Source of the DNA: Geosiphon pyriformis uo1 | Lineage: Eukaryota; Fungi; Glomeromycota | NCBI GenBank assembly: GCA_016748015.1 | Contig: JAAOMT010000098.1 | Coordinates: 201,635 to 265,634, forward strand | Length of the DNA stretch: 64,000 nucleotides | Direction: 5' to 3' | Part shown: positions 23,731 to 37,332 of the stretch, one piece after another | Numbering within the stretch: the stretch's first letter is position 1 | Layout of the letters: each line of letters begins with the position of its first letter | The notes under the pieces: generated by a model | Told to the model about the DNA's origin: nothing | What the model saw: the letters and a program-made list of their open reading frames with translations, nothing else | Databases searched by the model: none | Made by a program: the position numbers and the translations under genes

Positions 23731-26700
23731 TTCTAACATAATATCTTCATTGTTATTACTGAACCATTTAAGTTCCTGCTCTTTGAAGAAATTAGAAAGA
23801 ACAATATATTGTTTAAAGTTTGAATCTGAGTTCGAATTGTCTTTGTTATTGCTGTTGTCATTTTGAATATAATTGGAACTAGTGTTTTCATTATCATTGT
23901 CAGAGTTTGAATTGAGATTGAATGTCAATTCTAATTCCAATGCACAGTTGCTGATTGGTTTTTTCTCTTCAAGAATTGTGTAGATTATGCATGGTGGTAG
24001 ATTGTAAATGATATCACACTTATTACAATATTGAAAGTCACATAGAATCAAGTAATAATTACATAGTTATGTGTTTATTTCTTCTAACTATTGCTCTTGT
24101 TCTTTTCAAGTGGGTGCTAATTCTTGGTAGTACTTATGGAATTGTTTTAGGTCTATAGACTCTAGGATAATATCTGAATTTGGGCTCCAGTCAAGTTTTA
24201 TGAATTCTGGTTAGTTGTTTTTGATTATTCTTATTTTTTTTGGTAATACTTCTTCGATTTTGGTGAGTGCTATTTGCCAAATTTCATTTTTATTATGTGG
24301 ACAGCTGTCTAAATGTCAGACTGCTTATCTCTAGACAGTATCTATAGGTGTTTTTTTTCTTATTCAGTTGCTTATGAAAATTGTGTACTAACACAATTTG
24401 CCACATATTCTTTCTTGTTTAGTAATGTCATTCCACATCCCTTCGTTAGATAAGATAGTTTTACAGATGAGACAAGATTTGTTATTTCATTTTCCTTGTC
24501 TTTTTGGTCATCCAAATTGTTCTAAGATGTATGGGCAGTAATAAAATTTGGTTGTCATTGTGTATTTCTTATCATCATTATAGCATACACCTATTGATGA
24601 TAATTTTTTGCCATAATTAATATATACCAGTTTTGGTCAGCAATAGTTAAATGGTTGTGGTAAAATGTAAATATATAGACTATAAATAGTGCTTGGTGTT
24701 GGTTTTTTTTCCTTCTCTTTTTCTTTTCTTTTATTGTTATTTTCTTCCCATTCTTAATTTGGTGACAGTTTATTATGATTACTGTCACCCTATAATGTTT
24801 GGTCAGTATTCCAGATAAGTTTTTCTTTTTGTTTTTCCTTTCTGTTGTTGTCCCAAGTCAAAATTAGTGGTAACTTATTGTGGTTTTCATCAGTCCAAGA
24901 AACTTGGTAAGCTTTCCAGGTAGGTTTTTTTTTATTGTTAAGCTTAATAAAGGGTGCTGATAGTGTGGTGATAGGTTTGAAGTGGCCACACGTGACTGGT
25001 ACACATGTGTGTTGACTGTTCTGGTTGAATTGAAGCTTTTATGTATTCCAATCAAGTATCATATTGGTTTTGAACAACCAATCATTGCCAACAAATGCTT
25101 GATACTGAATGGCTTCTATGACTAATATCTTGATTGGTATGATAATGCCATTGTCTTTTATAAAAAGGTTATCAATCTCACCAATTGGAGTTTTAGTCAT
25201 TCTATTAGCTATTATAATTCTGGCACTGGTAGCATGATTAACTAAATGACCTAATTGGTTTATGAATTGTTATGTGATAATACTGCCTGCTAATCTGCTA
25301 TCTAATATGAGTTTAATGGAGTGATCATCAACTTTAGTATTAGTATACATGGCAGTAATTGGTTTTTTTTTGAGTGTGGCTTCACTAAACAAGAGCATAG
25401 ATGTCAATTTCTCAAGTTTGAATGGGAAGATAGCTGTAAGTAATTCATCATTAGTGATAGTGGCTGGAAATATGTTGCTGGTGAGTGGTTGTGCTTGGTT
25501 GGTTTCCACATTATTGAATGAGACATCTTCTGGAGTAACCAGAAGACTTAAATAATTCTGAAAACTCAGGTTTTAAGTATACCCAGTTTCTGAACTCTGC
25601 TGGCATAATTCTGATTGTTGGGTAGATGAACTGGAGATCAGTTAATAAACAATCATTGCTGATTTCCAGTTTTGTTGGATGAATCTCGGTCTTTGGTTAC
25701 CATGTGACATTGGAGTTAGATTTTGTGATAGTGTTTAAATTTGCTGCAATTAATAAACTAGTTGTGGCTGTAATGATTGATATATTATGGACATTGCCAG
25801 TTGATATATTGAAGATGAATATAATTGCTGTGTTATTGGTGTTTGATACATTGGTTGAGTCATTTGAACATAATGTAGTTAATATTGGTAATATTTTTGT
25901 GATTGATTACTGATGTAATTCTGAGTTTGAATTTGGTGATTGGAGTTTTGATATTGATGACTTGATTATTGTTCATTTAACCATTTACAGCATTCAAATT
26001 GCAAATGTTTTTGTTTATCACAATAGTAGTATGCATGCATTTCTTGCTGTCACTGTTAATTGGTTGAGGATAATGCTGGACATGATTAATTTTGGAAGCA
26101 ATTTCTATTTCCCTGATTGTTGTATTGTTGTGGAGGTTAATAAATAACTTGATTGTTGTTAATTAAGTATTCCTTTAATTTTTGATTGATTGAGTTATTG
26201 AATTGCTTCAACTTGGAATCCAAGTCAGATAATCTGTTTATCACTAGGTTTATAGCTTGGGCATAGTTGGCTTTGAGTTCAGCTGCTTCAAAATCTCTGG
26301 CATTTGTAACAGCAGCTTGAAAATCTGCTAAATGCAATACACGTATGCATTGGAGAATGCTACTGTGCAGACCTCTAATGAATTGGTTTAAGATTTGTGA
26401 TGCTGTAAAATAATCAGCCTATATGGTCTAAATTTGGTGCAGATTTCTGTAGAAGTGTCTCAAGTAAATAATAACTGCTTCATTTTCTTCTTGTTTGATA
26501 GTGGTGAAAGTATTTGCCAGTCAGTTGATATTATTATTGTTACTAAAGTATTGTAGAAACACAAACTTGAATGTATTGAAGTCCTGGAGTTTGTTGATCA
26601 AGCTTTAATACCATGAATTGGTGATATCTTGGAGAAAATATGGAATGACTTACATGGCTCTGGCATCATTTTATCTGTTGGCTGCAATGACTTTTTTGAT

Positions 26701-27465
26701 ATTGTTTAGCCACATCTGGGCATTATTTTTTTTGCCAGTAAATTTTTCAATCTTGGCAATTAGTGCATATGCCATTTGTTGTTGTTGTTGTGGCAGTTGT
26801 TAAAGTGGTTGCTGCAATTGTTGTTAATGGATTAATTGTGGCTGTTAAATTTTCTCAATTGGTGGCTGATTGATCACATTTATTGAAGATAAGTTTTGTT
26901 GATTGATTATGTTAGAGTTTGGATATTCAAAGTTTGATTTTCCAGCTTTTCTGAGATTAGGTTTTGGTAATTAAATTTCTGATTCTTATTTTTTTCTTCT
27001 TTAGATTCCATTACTTTCCAAGGATTTGCAGTTCCAAAATCTGGTAAAGGTGGCAGTAATCGAAATCTTGATAGTATTGATAATCATGATTTAAATCTTT
27101 CAAAATAATTATTATAAGTTCTTAATAATTCTGCTTTTTTTTGCTTACTTTAAAATAGAAGTCATCCAAATGTTAAGATTGTATTTGATGTGGACATGTC
27201 TGTTGATAAGATGTTGATGGCACTTTCAGGTATATAGTAGTATAATGAATTGATTAGAAATTCTACTCTAGTTTTCTTCTAAGTAAGTGGTTGTATTTTT
27301 TGTGGTATTACTGTTATTGTTTGTAGTTTTTTTTTGTCTTTGTTTATGTAGGTAATTAGATATCTTTGTTGAGTGTGGATTTCAATTTTTTTATTGATTT
27401 TAGTAAAGATTGCTGTGAAATTATAATTTACTGGTAGGCTGGTATTTTGGATTAATTTATTATAG

Positions 27466-28128
27466 TGTTATGATTGAAATTTATACTTTTTATTAATTAT
27501 TACATATATTAGCCACTGATGTCACATAAATTAGCCACTCTATTTTTAGATAGTAATCATTGACCTGATCAATGATCTAGTTATTGACCTGATTATTGAT
27601 TACTTTTGATAGCTATATAAGTAATAAATTTTTTAGCTGTAGAGAAGCATGTTCAAAGTAATCAAGAATAAATAAAATAACAACTTTCATCTCAATTATT
27701 CTCTTATCACTAAATTCCTTTTCCCTACCTTCAAGTATCTGAATATTTTAAAGATAAAAGGTTATTTGTTGGCCTTTATCTACCTTTTTCCTGAATGTAT
27801 AAGTGTAGTATTTGAAGATTATTGAATAAAACGTAACTGAAGAACACATCTGATACTTGATATTGAATTCTAAGAGCGCCAATGTAAGGCATAGAATTAT
27901 ATTAAGTGTGATTATTTGTTAACAGTATGGACTATCCCTCTACCTTCAGATTCCCCAGTTACCTTTGAAAAATATAGCAACTGAGATATTTTATAAGACT
28001 GATCTTGCACATTGAATCCATACTTATTCAATTTGCTCTTTGAAATTGAATTTTCTTTGATTATTTCCATCACTCTACAATTCTGTTCTCCCTTGCTATC
28101 CATTAGCTTGTTATTTCAACTCATAACA
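27466..28128 (+). repeat. Solo LTR family D inserted in A2 gag
   Basis: TGTTATGATTGAAAT...ATTTCAACTCATAACA (about 15-bp terminal inverted repeat), TSD ATAG/ATAA, gag resumes on both sides. Confidence 0.88.
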
Positions 28129-28387
28129 ATAAAAATTTTCTCTGGCTGAGTCAGTTTCTACTAGTACTCCTAACAGGTATGAAATTTTTTTGTTAATGTA
28201 AAAATTGAAAACTGATTCTGTTAATAGGTAGTTGTTGATTAATCTTAAGTATTAACAATAATGTTGAAACAAAAATTTGGCAAATCCTAAATGGTTTGTT
28301 CTTATTCTTTCTGGTTCTGCCACTTTTGAATTAATGTTGTGTTGGTGCTGGTTTTCTGTAGAATTATATTTTACAGAAAGCACTAAA

Positions 28388-29250
28388 TATTACAAGTAAT
28401 TATTTGAGGTCTCAAAGCAAATAACAAACCTGTAACTTGGTGCTTAATTGATATAATAATGTTGGTTTCTGAAAGTTTGATAGTCTGAAGATTTTGGTTG
28501 AGTTTTTTGTATAATGAACAGAGATTTATTAGTGTCTTTATAGTCTCCTAAAATTGCAATTCTATCAAATTTTTTTCTTAGTATAGTGGCCAGTAATCTG
28601 GCAAAGATGTCTTTTTGATAAGCCATCCTTGAATTATTACTCTTTATACCCTTCCTTTGGGGTTTTTTACTAGGCTATCCTTAATATCAATAACTTAGTA
28701 CTTAATTTTTTAATCAGTTAGTTTAACAACAAGAAATAACAAAATAACATCAAAATAAAAATAAAAGAAAAAGAAAGAAAATAAGCCAAGGCAATTAATT
28801 TTAGTATCCTGTCAATAGCTGTGATTAAGAGCTATTGTTCCAGTATGGTTAAGTATCAATTACTATCAACATAGAAAGTTAATGTAGAGAATAGATTAAG
28901 ATAGTAAATAATTATTTATTGATGTTTGTGATATGGAAGATTATTTAGATCAAATCTAAACTTAGAAGTCTGTTTTTTTTACTTTTAATGCTACTGTTAT
29001 ATATACATAATTGAGATTTCTCAATTCCTTAATTTTTCATACCAGAAATCCTGGAATTCTTAGAATCCTGTAATTTTTTTTAAGAGAAATTATGGAATTC
29101 TGGAATTCTGCGATTCCTTGTATGAGAATCCTAAAATTCCTAAAATTCTGCAATTTTTCTGAAAGGAATTCTAGAACTCCACCTTTACTATGTTTATTTC
29201 TGATTGGCTAATTTAGGTGCTAATATACTTTTTATATTCTATGAGTAACA
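28388..29250 (-). repeat. A2 5' LTR
   Basis: Homologous to 18691-19550, with an adjacent PBS at 28369-28387. Confidence 0.92.
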
Positions 29251-32200
29251 CTAAATACTATGGTCAGTTTATTAAAAAATTCTCAGATATTGCCAAACTT
29301 TTTCACTACTTATTGTTAAAACATGTACTATATTTTTAGAAAAAAGAATAACAAAAAGCATTTGATTACTTCAAAAAATAATTGATTATAGTGTCAATCT
29401 TGATTTATCCTAACTTCAACAAAAAGTTTATAATTGCAACAAATGCCTTAAAGAATGCATTAAAAATGGTTCTGTTTCAAATAAGACCAGACAACAGAGA
29501 ACATCTAATTGCATATGCTAGTTGTAGTACAAGTTCAACTGAAAAAATATACAGTATAATAGATTTAAAATGTCTTGCTATCTACTGGGTCATACACACT
29601 TGGAAACATTATCTTAGTCAACTATTTGACATGTATACTGATCATAAAGAACTTATTTGGCTACTTAACAAGCCACAACCAGAAGGAAAATATGTATGAT
29701 AGAGCACTTATCTGCAACAATTTTTATACAAAGCCCATTACAAAAAAGAATCCAAGAATACCAATGCTAACAGTTTGTTAAGAATAACATAAGTCTAGTC
29801 TCAAATTCATAGATATAATTACTTATCAGCAATTACATCAGTACTTATTGACACTTTAGTTCAAGGAAATATTACTTCAACAGAAACAGAGTATCATACA
29901 AAAACAAGCCCAAAATTACTTTATTCAAAATAACTAACTATATCAATAAGAATGTTGTAACTGCTTCACCCTATAATGAATTATAAAAAACTATAAAAAA
30001 GAAACTATTTTACATAGCATGCACTCTGATCTAACTACAAGACACTTCAACAAAAATGCTATTTTAGAAAAAATCATAAACAGGTATTATTAGCCAATAA
30101 TATATAAGAATATTTTCGAATATATGCTCAATTGTGACTTCTGCCAAAGAAAAAAGTGAAAAAATTAATGAAACCACTTCAACCTATTTCAGTTGAAAAT
30201 TTATTTGATAGAATTGGAATCAATTTGGTCGGTCTTCTCTTAATTACATTTAAAGAAAATCAATATATTACTGTAGCCATAGACAATTTTATAAAATAAC
30301 CAGAAGCCAAAGCAATCCAAGTAGCCAATGCCAAAACAATAGCTGAATTCATACATCAAGACCTAATTTGTAGACATAAATGGCTGAAAAAATTACTATC
30401 TGACCAAAGAATGCATTTTATTAATAATATACTGACCAAATTAAGCCAATGGTTTGGAATAAAATAATTCTTATTATTACTTTATTATCTATAAACAAAT
30501 AAACTGGTAAAATAATTCAACAAAACATTGTGTAAAGTACTAGCAAAAATAAATTATGAAAATACATAAGAATGGAACCTATTTATACTTTTGGTATTAT
30601 TGGCATATCAAACATTAAAGCAAAATATAACTCAGTTCACATTATTCAAACTAATCTATAGAAGAAAAGCTATGTTATTTATTAAATGAGAAATACTGTT
30701 CTATTCAACAGATACAATTACCAAAGAGAATTTTAAAGCTACTTTATACCAAAAAACGTAACAATTAATAGAAACATTAGAAGACAATTATAGAACAGCA
30801 GCTAACAATATTAGTAACATTCAAGAATAACAGAAAAAAAGACATAATAACTACTTACTTAAACAACTAATAAAATTCAAGATTGGAAACCAAGTACTGT
30901 TATATCATGCAAAAGTTGAGAAACAGTGAAATAGAAAGTTTGATCTGAAGTAAGACAGTTCATTCTATATACATAAAGCTTTAGACGATGAAACTTATAA
31001 ATTATAATTAGAAGACAAAATTTTAAAGAAAGTGGCTCATGGAAATTAGTTAAAAATTTATCATATAAAACAACAAGCATTGTCATCAGTATCTCAACTA
31101 AGAACACAAATTCTATTAATCAGACCAGAAAATATACTACAAGATCTAGAACCAATTATTGTTATTGAAATATAGACAATATGCAGCAAATTAAATTAGA
31201 AAATTCAAGTATATATAATATCTAAAAAGAAACAGCAAGAAACAATAAGATCTTTAACATAGACCTGTCAAATCAAATTTTACAACTCTCAAAACAACTA
31301 TTTAAAGTAATTCAACAATCAATATCTTAATTAGAGATTATTATTAATAAAAAAAAGATAAAATACAGAGATAAAAAGAAAAGAGAAATAAGCAAGAACT
31401 TAATTAAAACCAACTGTTCTTATCCCTACACAATGTTCAAAAGAGAGGAATTAGAAAAAAAAATTTCTCTTGGACAGAACATAAAAAAAAAGAGAGAGAA
31501 AAACTAAAAAAAGTCAAAAAAATAAAATACTTAGTCTCCAAACTAGAAAAAATTAAAGCTTTTTTAGCTTATGAGATCAAACTTTCTAAAACAGAGAAAT
31601 AGATACCAGACAATACCCAAAAATAGAAAGAAAGACTTTTTCCAGTATATTGGTTCTACAAAATTAATAAACAGCTAAATTTAAAAACATCATATGGAGA
31701 CTTTGAACAGAAAACTTTTAACAAAGAAACAATATAACAAGTGAAAAAATAAGCAACCTGACTTTATATTACAAAGCAACATACTGACTGTATGCTGCTT
31801 TACAATATTGTCTAAACATACTGTTATATGGATTTATAAAGACTATAACAGTTAACAACATAGGACAAATAACCAATCAACAGTTCAAAAACCTACAAAA
31901 AACAATACTCAACACAACAATTAAACACTACACAAATAAAACTATAATAACAAATATAAATGATTTTGCAGAAGCTTAATTCTAAAAAAATAGGAATAAT
32001 ATTATCTAAGTAAAAAAAACCAATCCAAAGTTATGAAAAAAACATAACCAAAAACATAATAACATGAAATAATACAAAATAATACAAAAAAACACAGAAT
32101 AATATGTAATAATATAGGATAACATGTTATAATATAGTATAATGCATAATAACATAGAATAATATGTTATAATATAGTATAATAAATAATAATGTAGAAT

Positions 32201-33008
32201 AACATATTATAACATAGTATAATTAGCAATAACATAGAAAAATGAAGTGATAACAAAAATAACTAAGCAATTAGAAACAATCTTGTAAAACAAAAAAAAT
32301 GTATAAAAATAAGTAGCTATAAAAGTTAAAAAAACATCCAAACAAGAATCAATTTTTTTTTCTTTATAATTATTATACCTTACAAAAATAAAAGACTTAT
32401 TTAAAAAAAACACAAAATTATTGATACATAATTTTTAATTTAAATTGTACTATTTCTAGTTTCATACTTTTATTCTAGGACAGATGCTCTTAGCATAAAT
32501 ACTTTAAACTCTTAAACAACCTAAACCAATTGTTCTTAATTACAGCAATTAATAATACTAATTCAATTTTTTTTATTTTTTTTTATTTTTTTTATTTTTA
32601 TTCTCTTTTGTGGAATGGCAACATAGAAAAATTGACTGTCTGGAAATAGACTTTATAATAGTTTGGTAAAAAAAGAAGGCTCTTTCTAAGTTTAGATATT
32701 AACATTATCTTAATAGCTTACCAGAAGGGTAAAAAAACACCACCAAACTTTAATGACTGTGCTTGTTAACTCAGAAAAGATAGCTCACATTTACATACAA
32801 GAAGTTACAACCCCATAAAACATCTTTTTATGTCTTATAACTAAAGAACTTTACAGATAAATTCAGAACAATCAAACAAATTTTTAAAGACTAATAACAT
32901 TAATACAACAAACAAGCATATTAAAAAAAAATTCTCAAAAGCTCTTTAAAAACCCAAATTTTAAGCACCAAACATTATCATTAGCCAACCCTAAGTTTAT
33001 CCATAATA
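29251..33008 (+). mobile_element. 3' half of a family-B Ty3/Gypsy element (RT end, RNase H, integrase, ORF3, 3' LTR)
   Basis: ORF 29382-29699 FIIATNA..IAYAS..YTDHK; integrase CDFCQ, FDRIGINLVG at ~30130-30230; ORF3 from ATG 31181 to 31985; PPT 31984-31999; LTR 32000-33008. Confidence 0.88.
32000..33008 (+). repeat. Family-B 3' LTR
   Basis: TATTATC...CCATAATA after the PPT, with U3 matching 2190-2492 on the minus strand. LINE ORF2 sequence begins right after it. Confidence 0.8.
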
Positions 33009-34844
33009 GTAGTCTTGTTAATATTGACTATTGGAATATGTTTTTGATGATGCTTTCTTAAATGTGATATGTTTGGTTAATTTTAATAAATTGCTTAGTA
33101 TGGTTTCTAATTTGCCTGATGGCAAAGCTACTGGTCTTTCTGGCATTTCAAATAAGCTTTGAAAATATTATAACAGATTGGTTTTGAATATGCTCTTGGT
33201 GCTTTTAAATTCTTGTTTGTTTTGTAAATTGGTGCTCAATAATTGGAGAGAAGTTTAAGTTTTAATAATTCTCAAGCCATATGAATGGAAAAACATTTTT
33301 ATGAATACTAAACTTATTGCTTTAATTAAAACCATCTATAAAATACTTTCTAAGATTTTTTCTAACAGAATTTCTCTGGCATATAGTATTTTTAATGTTT
33401 TTTATAGGAACAATTTGTTAGTTTTAAAAAATACAACAATCTAATCTCCCATTTTTGCTATTGGTTTGGTAATTAAAAACACTTTGAAAAAGAACTGTAA
33501 ACTTTGACTTATTTTGTAGAACATACAGAAGACTTATGATTTTGTTAGGTAAGAGCATCTTAAAAAAAACTTGGTTAAAATAAAAATATGTGGCAAATTT
33601 ATTAGATTTTTTGGCAATATTTACGATAATTATGTTAACAAAGTTATGACTGATTTTGGATTGATGGGTAAATATCAAGTACATAATGGTTTGGATTATA
33701 AAAAGATGTTTTTACCCCTTTTTTGGCACATATTTTATGATTCTTTTTTGTGTAAAGTCAAGAGACAAGAAAGTATATGTAAATATAAATTGAATTTTTA
33801 TTTTGTTGTCAAAATTGGTTGTTCAGATTCTTAGGCTGGATTGATATTTTTTTTTGCTACTGATGCTTTTGTTAATAATACAATCTGAATTAGTAACAGC
33901 TAAACTGCTACTTAACACATTTTTAACATTGCTAATAAATTTTTTCAGATTAATAATATTTTGGTTAATAATAACAAAACAGTGGCCATTTTTATTAATT
34001 GCAAAGTTGGATGTCTTTTTTTGTTAATTAATAGTTTGTCTATTTCTATTGCCAAAAAAAGTAAATATCATTGCTACCTGAATATCTTTCTATCTATTGA
34101 GAATTTGTTAAAGTTTAGCTTAGTTAAAGTAAGTTTAGATGTTCAGTTTTTTGCCAATTTTGTTTTGAAAAAAGCTATTTCAAATAAGCAGCTTTCATAT
34201 TTGGTGTTAGTGGTTCTCTATTTTATTATTAGTTACAGAACAGTTTTCAGTTTTGTTTTTATTAGTGTGTGTAATAAATGAGATGTTTTAATTCATAAGA
34301 GCTTAAAGTTGAAGTTTGGTCTGTCTTTTAATTTCCCCAATGATGTGCTTTATCATCTATATTTGTATAGTTTAAAAACTTTTGAGCAAATTTAGGCTAA
34401 AAACAAAGTAACTTCTATTGTGTGTTTTGCAAACTCTGTCAGAATTTTGGGTCATTTGTTTTTATACAGATTTCATGACTTGTAAGTTTTATCTTGGTAT
34501 CTACTTCATTCTTTGGTTTTTCTAATTCATATTAGAGTTAGTTTTTTTAATAATTTTTTGGTAGATGTAATTTATATTTTTCTTGAGTGTAATTTATTTC
34601 TGAGTGGTTCAATAAACAATTTTTTCTGTCTTTGTAGTGAAACTTCTATGTTGACTGTTCTTGGCAAGTTAAAATTTTTTAAGTTTTTCTTTTCATTTTG
34701 GTGGTATGGTATTGCTTTTATAGATTAACTTTACAGTAAAAATGGTGCTATTTTTAATTAGAAAATTTTCAAACATTGAAAAAAATTGGACCCATGTGGC
34801 GCTATTTCCAACTGGTTTAGGCTTTTTGTTAACTTTCTTAGTGG

Positions 34845-35782
34845 TGTTACCAGTAGAATTTTAGTTATTAATTAACATGAAATTACCTTCATAATTCTTA
34901 TTATTAATTAGCATATATTATTATCATTTCAATTATTACTTATTATTTAATCAAATTATCAAATATCATTACTCAATCAATAATCCGATTTGTACCATAG
35001 AAATTAAGATAATCAAATTACACAATACTTTAAACCATTTAATATAGTCAAAATTCGCCGAAATTAATGAAAATTGGCCGAAATAATCAATAGTTCAGTG
35101 AAATAACTTGTAGTTTGCCAAAATGTATCTTTAGTTCACCAAAATTGTAGCAAAAAGAAAAGTACAAGTTCAAAGACTAGTACTACAACAAGTTGTATAA
35201 AAAAAGAGCTTTTTTCTTCAGTATCTTACTTTAGATATCTTAATTGAAACAAATTACTTTTTACATATCTTAAATAAAAATTAAATATTCAAAAACCAAA
35301 TCCTTTGATTATTACACTTGAAATTCTCTCAACACAAACTAACATTTCGAAATTGATTAGCTATTAATTTCAGTAATTTGTTAGTGATTTCAGGCCTGAA
35401 TAGAAAACGATTCCCTTGACAAAATCCTATTTTTTTTATATTTTTTTTATTTTCTTTTATTTTTTTATCATAATCATTAGGATAGCCTACAGACGAGATT
35501 CCTGTAGAAGAGTTGAATTTTGCAGCAAAGTAACTACACATTTTAGTGAGCTTCCAAATAAGCAATTTCTAGAAAAAAGTTGACATTTACTACAATATAA
35601 CTACATAAAATAACTGGTAAAAAATTGGCTATTTTACTTATAAGCCCAGCAGTTCAAATTATAGGAGATAATTTGAAGATAAATTCAGTTACTGGAGGTC
35701 CAACTACTTTCTAAAAACGTAAATTTACAGCAAATCAACATTAACAACATTCAAAAAAAGAGACCAAAAACCTCTAATAACA
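34845..35782 (+). repeat. Solo LTR family C inserted in the LINE
   Basis: TGTTACC...CTAATAACA, TSD GTGG/GTAG, homologous to 51743-52670. Confidence 0.88.
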
Positions 35783-37199
35783 GTAGTATGACTTTTTTTT
35801 TATATGCTTTTTTTCTTTAAGTGTTTTTGGCCTTTCAAATATTTTTGAGTTTTGTGAGTTTGAGTTTGCTTATAATCATTTATTAAATATTAATACTGGT
35901 AGTTTTTCAATTTATACAAATAGATTTTTGGAAAACTTGGAAAAAGTTAATATAAAGACTAGTATGATAGTTTTTTTTAAAGACATAAATTTTGGTTTGA
36001 GTGTTAAAGTTTTTGGTTTAATGTTTTTTATTTTGGTGGAGCTGTAAGCTATTGTATTAATTTGTAAGTGTGTTCTCTCTTTTAGTTTAGTTCACTTTTT
36101 TATGAACAGTCAGACTGCTTTAAATATGTGCAAATTAGAATTGTATTTAGCATATCCAGATTTTTGAAATCAGTATTGGATTGAATATTAGCACATTGTA
36201 AATATTATTTATGGAAAAATTTAAATGTTAGCTAACATAAAGTAAAGAGTTACTTGAGTATTTTGGGTAATATATGTATTGATGTACTTACTGACAATAC
36301 TTTTTTTTCTTTTTGGTACTTTTTTTTCAGTTGAAGAAATATTATATTATGGCTAAAAATAGTATTGTTTTTGGTAATTTTAGACATTTTATTTGTGAAA
36401 TCTTTTAGTCTGTTTATTGTACACATTGGAAAGTTGGTTTTGGCTTTAAGATTCTGACTAGTAACTTGCTTTTAGACATTAATTGGCTTAATTTATCTAT
36501 AATATGGCATTTTAATTTATATATAACTGCTGGTTTTACTAGTAAGTCTATTGTCAGCACTCATACATATTTTATAAAAGCTTTGTATCATCAGCTGCCT
36601 ATTGCTATTCAAAAGTGTTTATATAATAAGCATTATTTCAGTGTATTATGTTTGTATTGTGATAGTATTAAAATCTTAGATCATGTTTTTTTTTGTGCAG
36701 TTAATAAATCTGTTTGTCATCAATTATTGAACATATATATGGCTGCTTAGAAGGTGCTTTCTAGTTATTCTTATTCTTCTTTGTGTGTGTATTAGTTGTT
36801 GTTTTTTTGTGCTTTGAATATTGTAATATATATGGCCTTTTACAAAAGCTTTGTCTTTAGTAATTGGCTTCAAAAGACTGTTTTTGTTTACAGAGATTTT
36901 AAAATTACACATCAGATAATTGTAAACTTTGTGTAAGATTTTTGTCTTGCTTTTAGAAATGAAGTTTGGTCTGTTTGTATTAAATATTGTGTCTTTATAA
37001 AGAAAAATAAGCTGATACCACATGATAATTCAGTTCCAGTTTCGGTTTTTGAATTGTTTTTAGCATTTTTTGTTAGTATAGTTAAATTACTTAGTATTAC
37101 TAAAGCATTTGGTGTTAGTTTTGGTTTGTGTAAGTCTTGTTTATTTTTTTCAGACATTGGAGACCTGGTCTCAATTTATATAAATACTTAGTATTGTCC

Positions 37200-37222
37200 T
37201 GATTAGTCTGAATGACTGGTCA
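37200..37222 (+). promoter_or_regulatory. LINE 3'UTR stem-loop (putative RT recognition element)
   Basis: TGATTAGTC-TGAAT-GACTGGTCA, a 9-bp stem with two G.U pairs, positionally conserved at 41487 and 50300. Confidence 0.6.
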
Positions 37223-37332
37223 CATATAAAAAAAACATAATTTATATTTAGTTTAGATTATTTGTATGATGTATTATACTAGAAAGTATTTAAATCTTAC
37301 TTATTAAATAATAATAATAATAATAATAATAA

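Larger units (their letters stand above)
18691..29250 (-). mobile_element. Full-length decayed Ty3/Gypsy element A2 (probably recombinant), containing a nested solo LTR
   Basis: LTRs at 28388-29250 (5') and 18691-19550 (3'). gag ORF 26137-26337, protease 25270-25509, dUTPase within 23275-24051, RT with YLNNTNVFS (YLDD) at ~22300-22320, integrase ~20330-21280, ORF3 ~19570-20200. Flanks do not form a TSD. Confidence 0.93.
33009..37331 (+). mobile_element. 5'-truncated non-LTR (LINE) retrotransposon ORF2: RT, RNase H, C-terminal Zn finger, 3'UTR, (TAA)n tail
   Basis: LPDGKATGLSGISN, IALIKTIYKILSKI, AYDFV, AFVNNTI (FVDD), YLNIFLS; RNase H SIYTNRFL (YTDGS) at ~35910; CLYC..DHVFFC at ~36650; (AAT)n at 37308-37331. 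Confidence 0.9.

Noticed and set aside
28444-28626. ORF MAYQKDIF.. as the true LTR protein
   Set aside because: This copy has a 1-nt deletion relative to the others; the conserved frame is NLCSLYKRLNQNLQ.
37195-37235. Hammerhead ribozyme in the LINE 3'UTR
   Set aside because: No CUGANGA...GAAA core with three stems; it is a simple hairpin.
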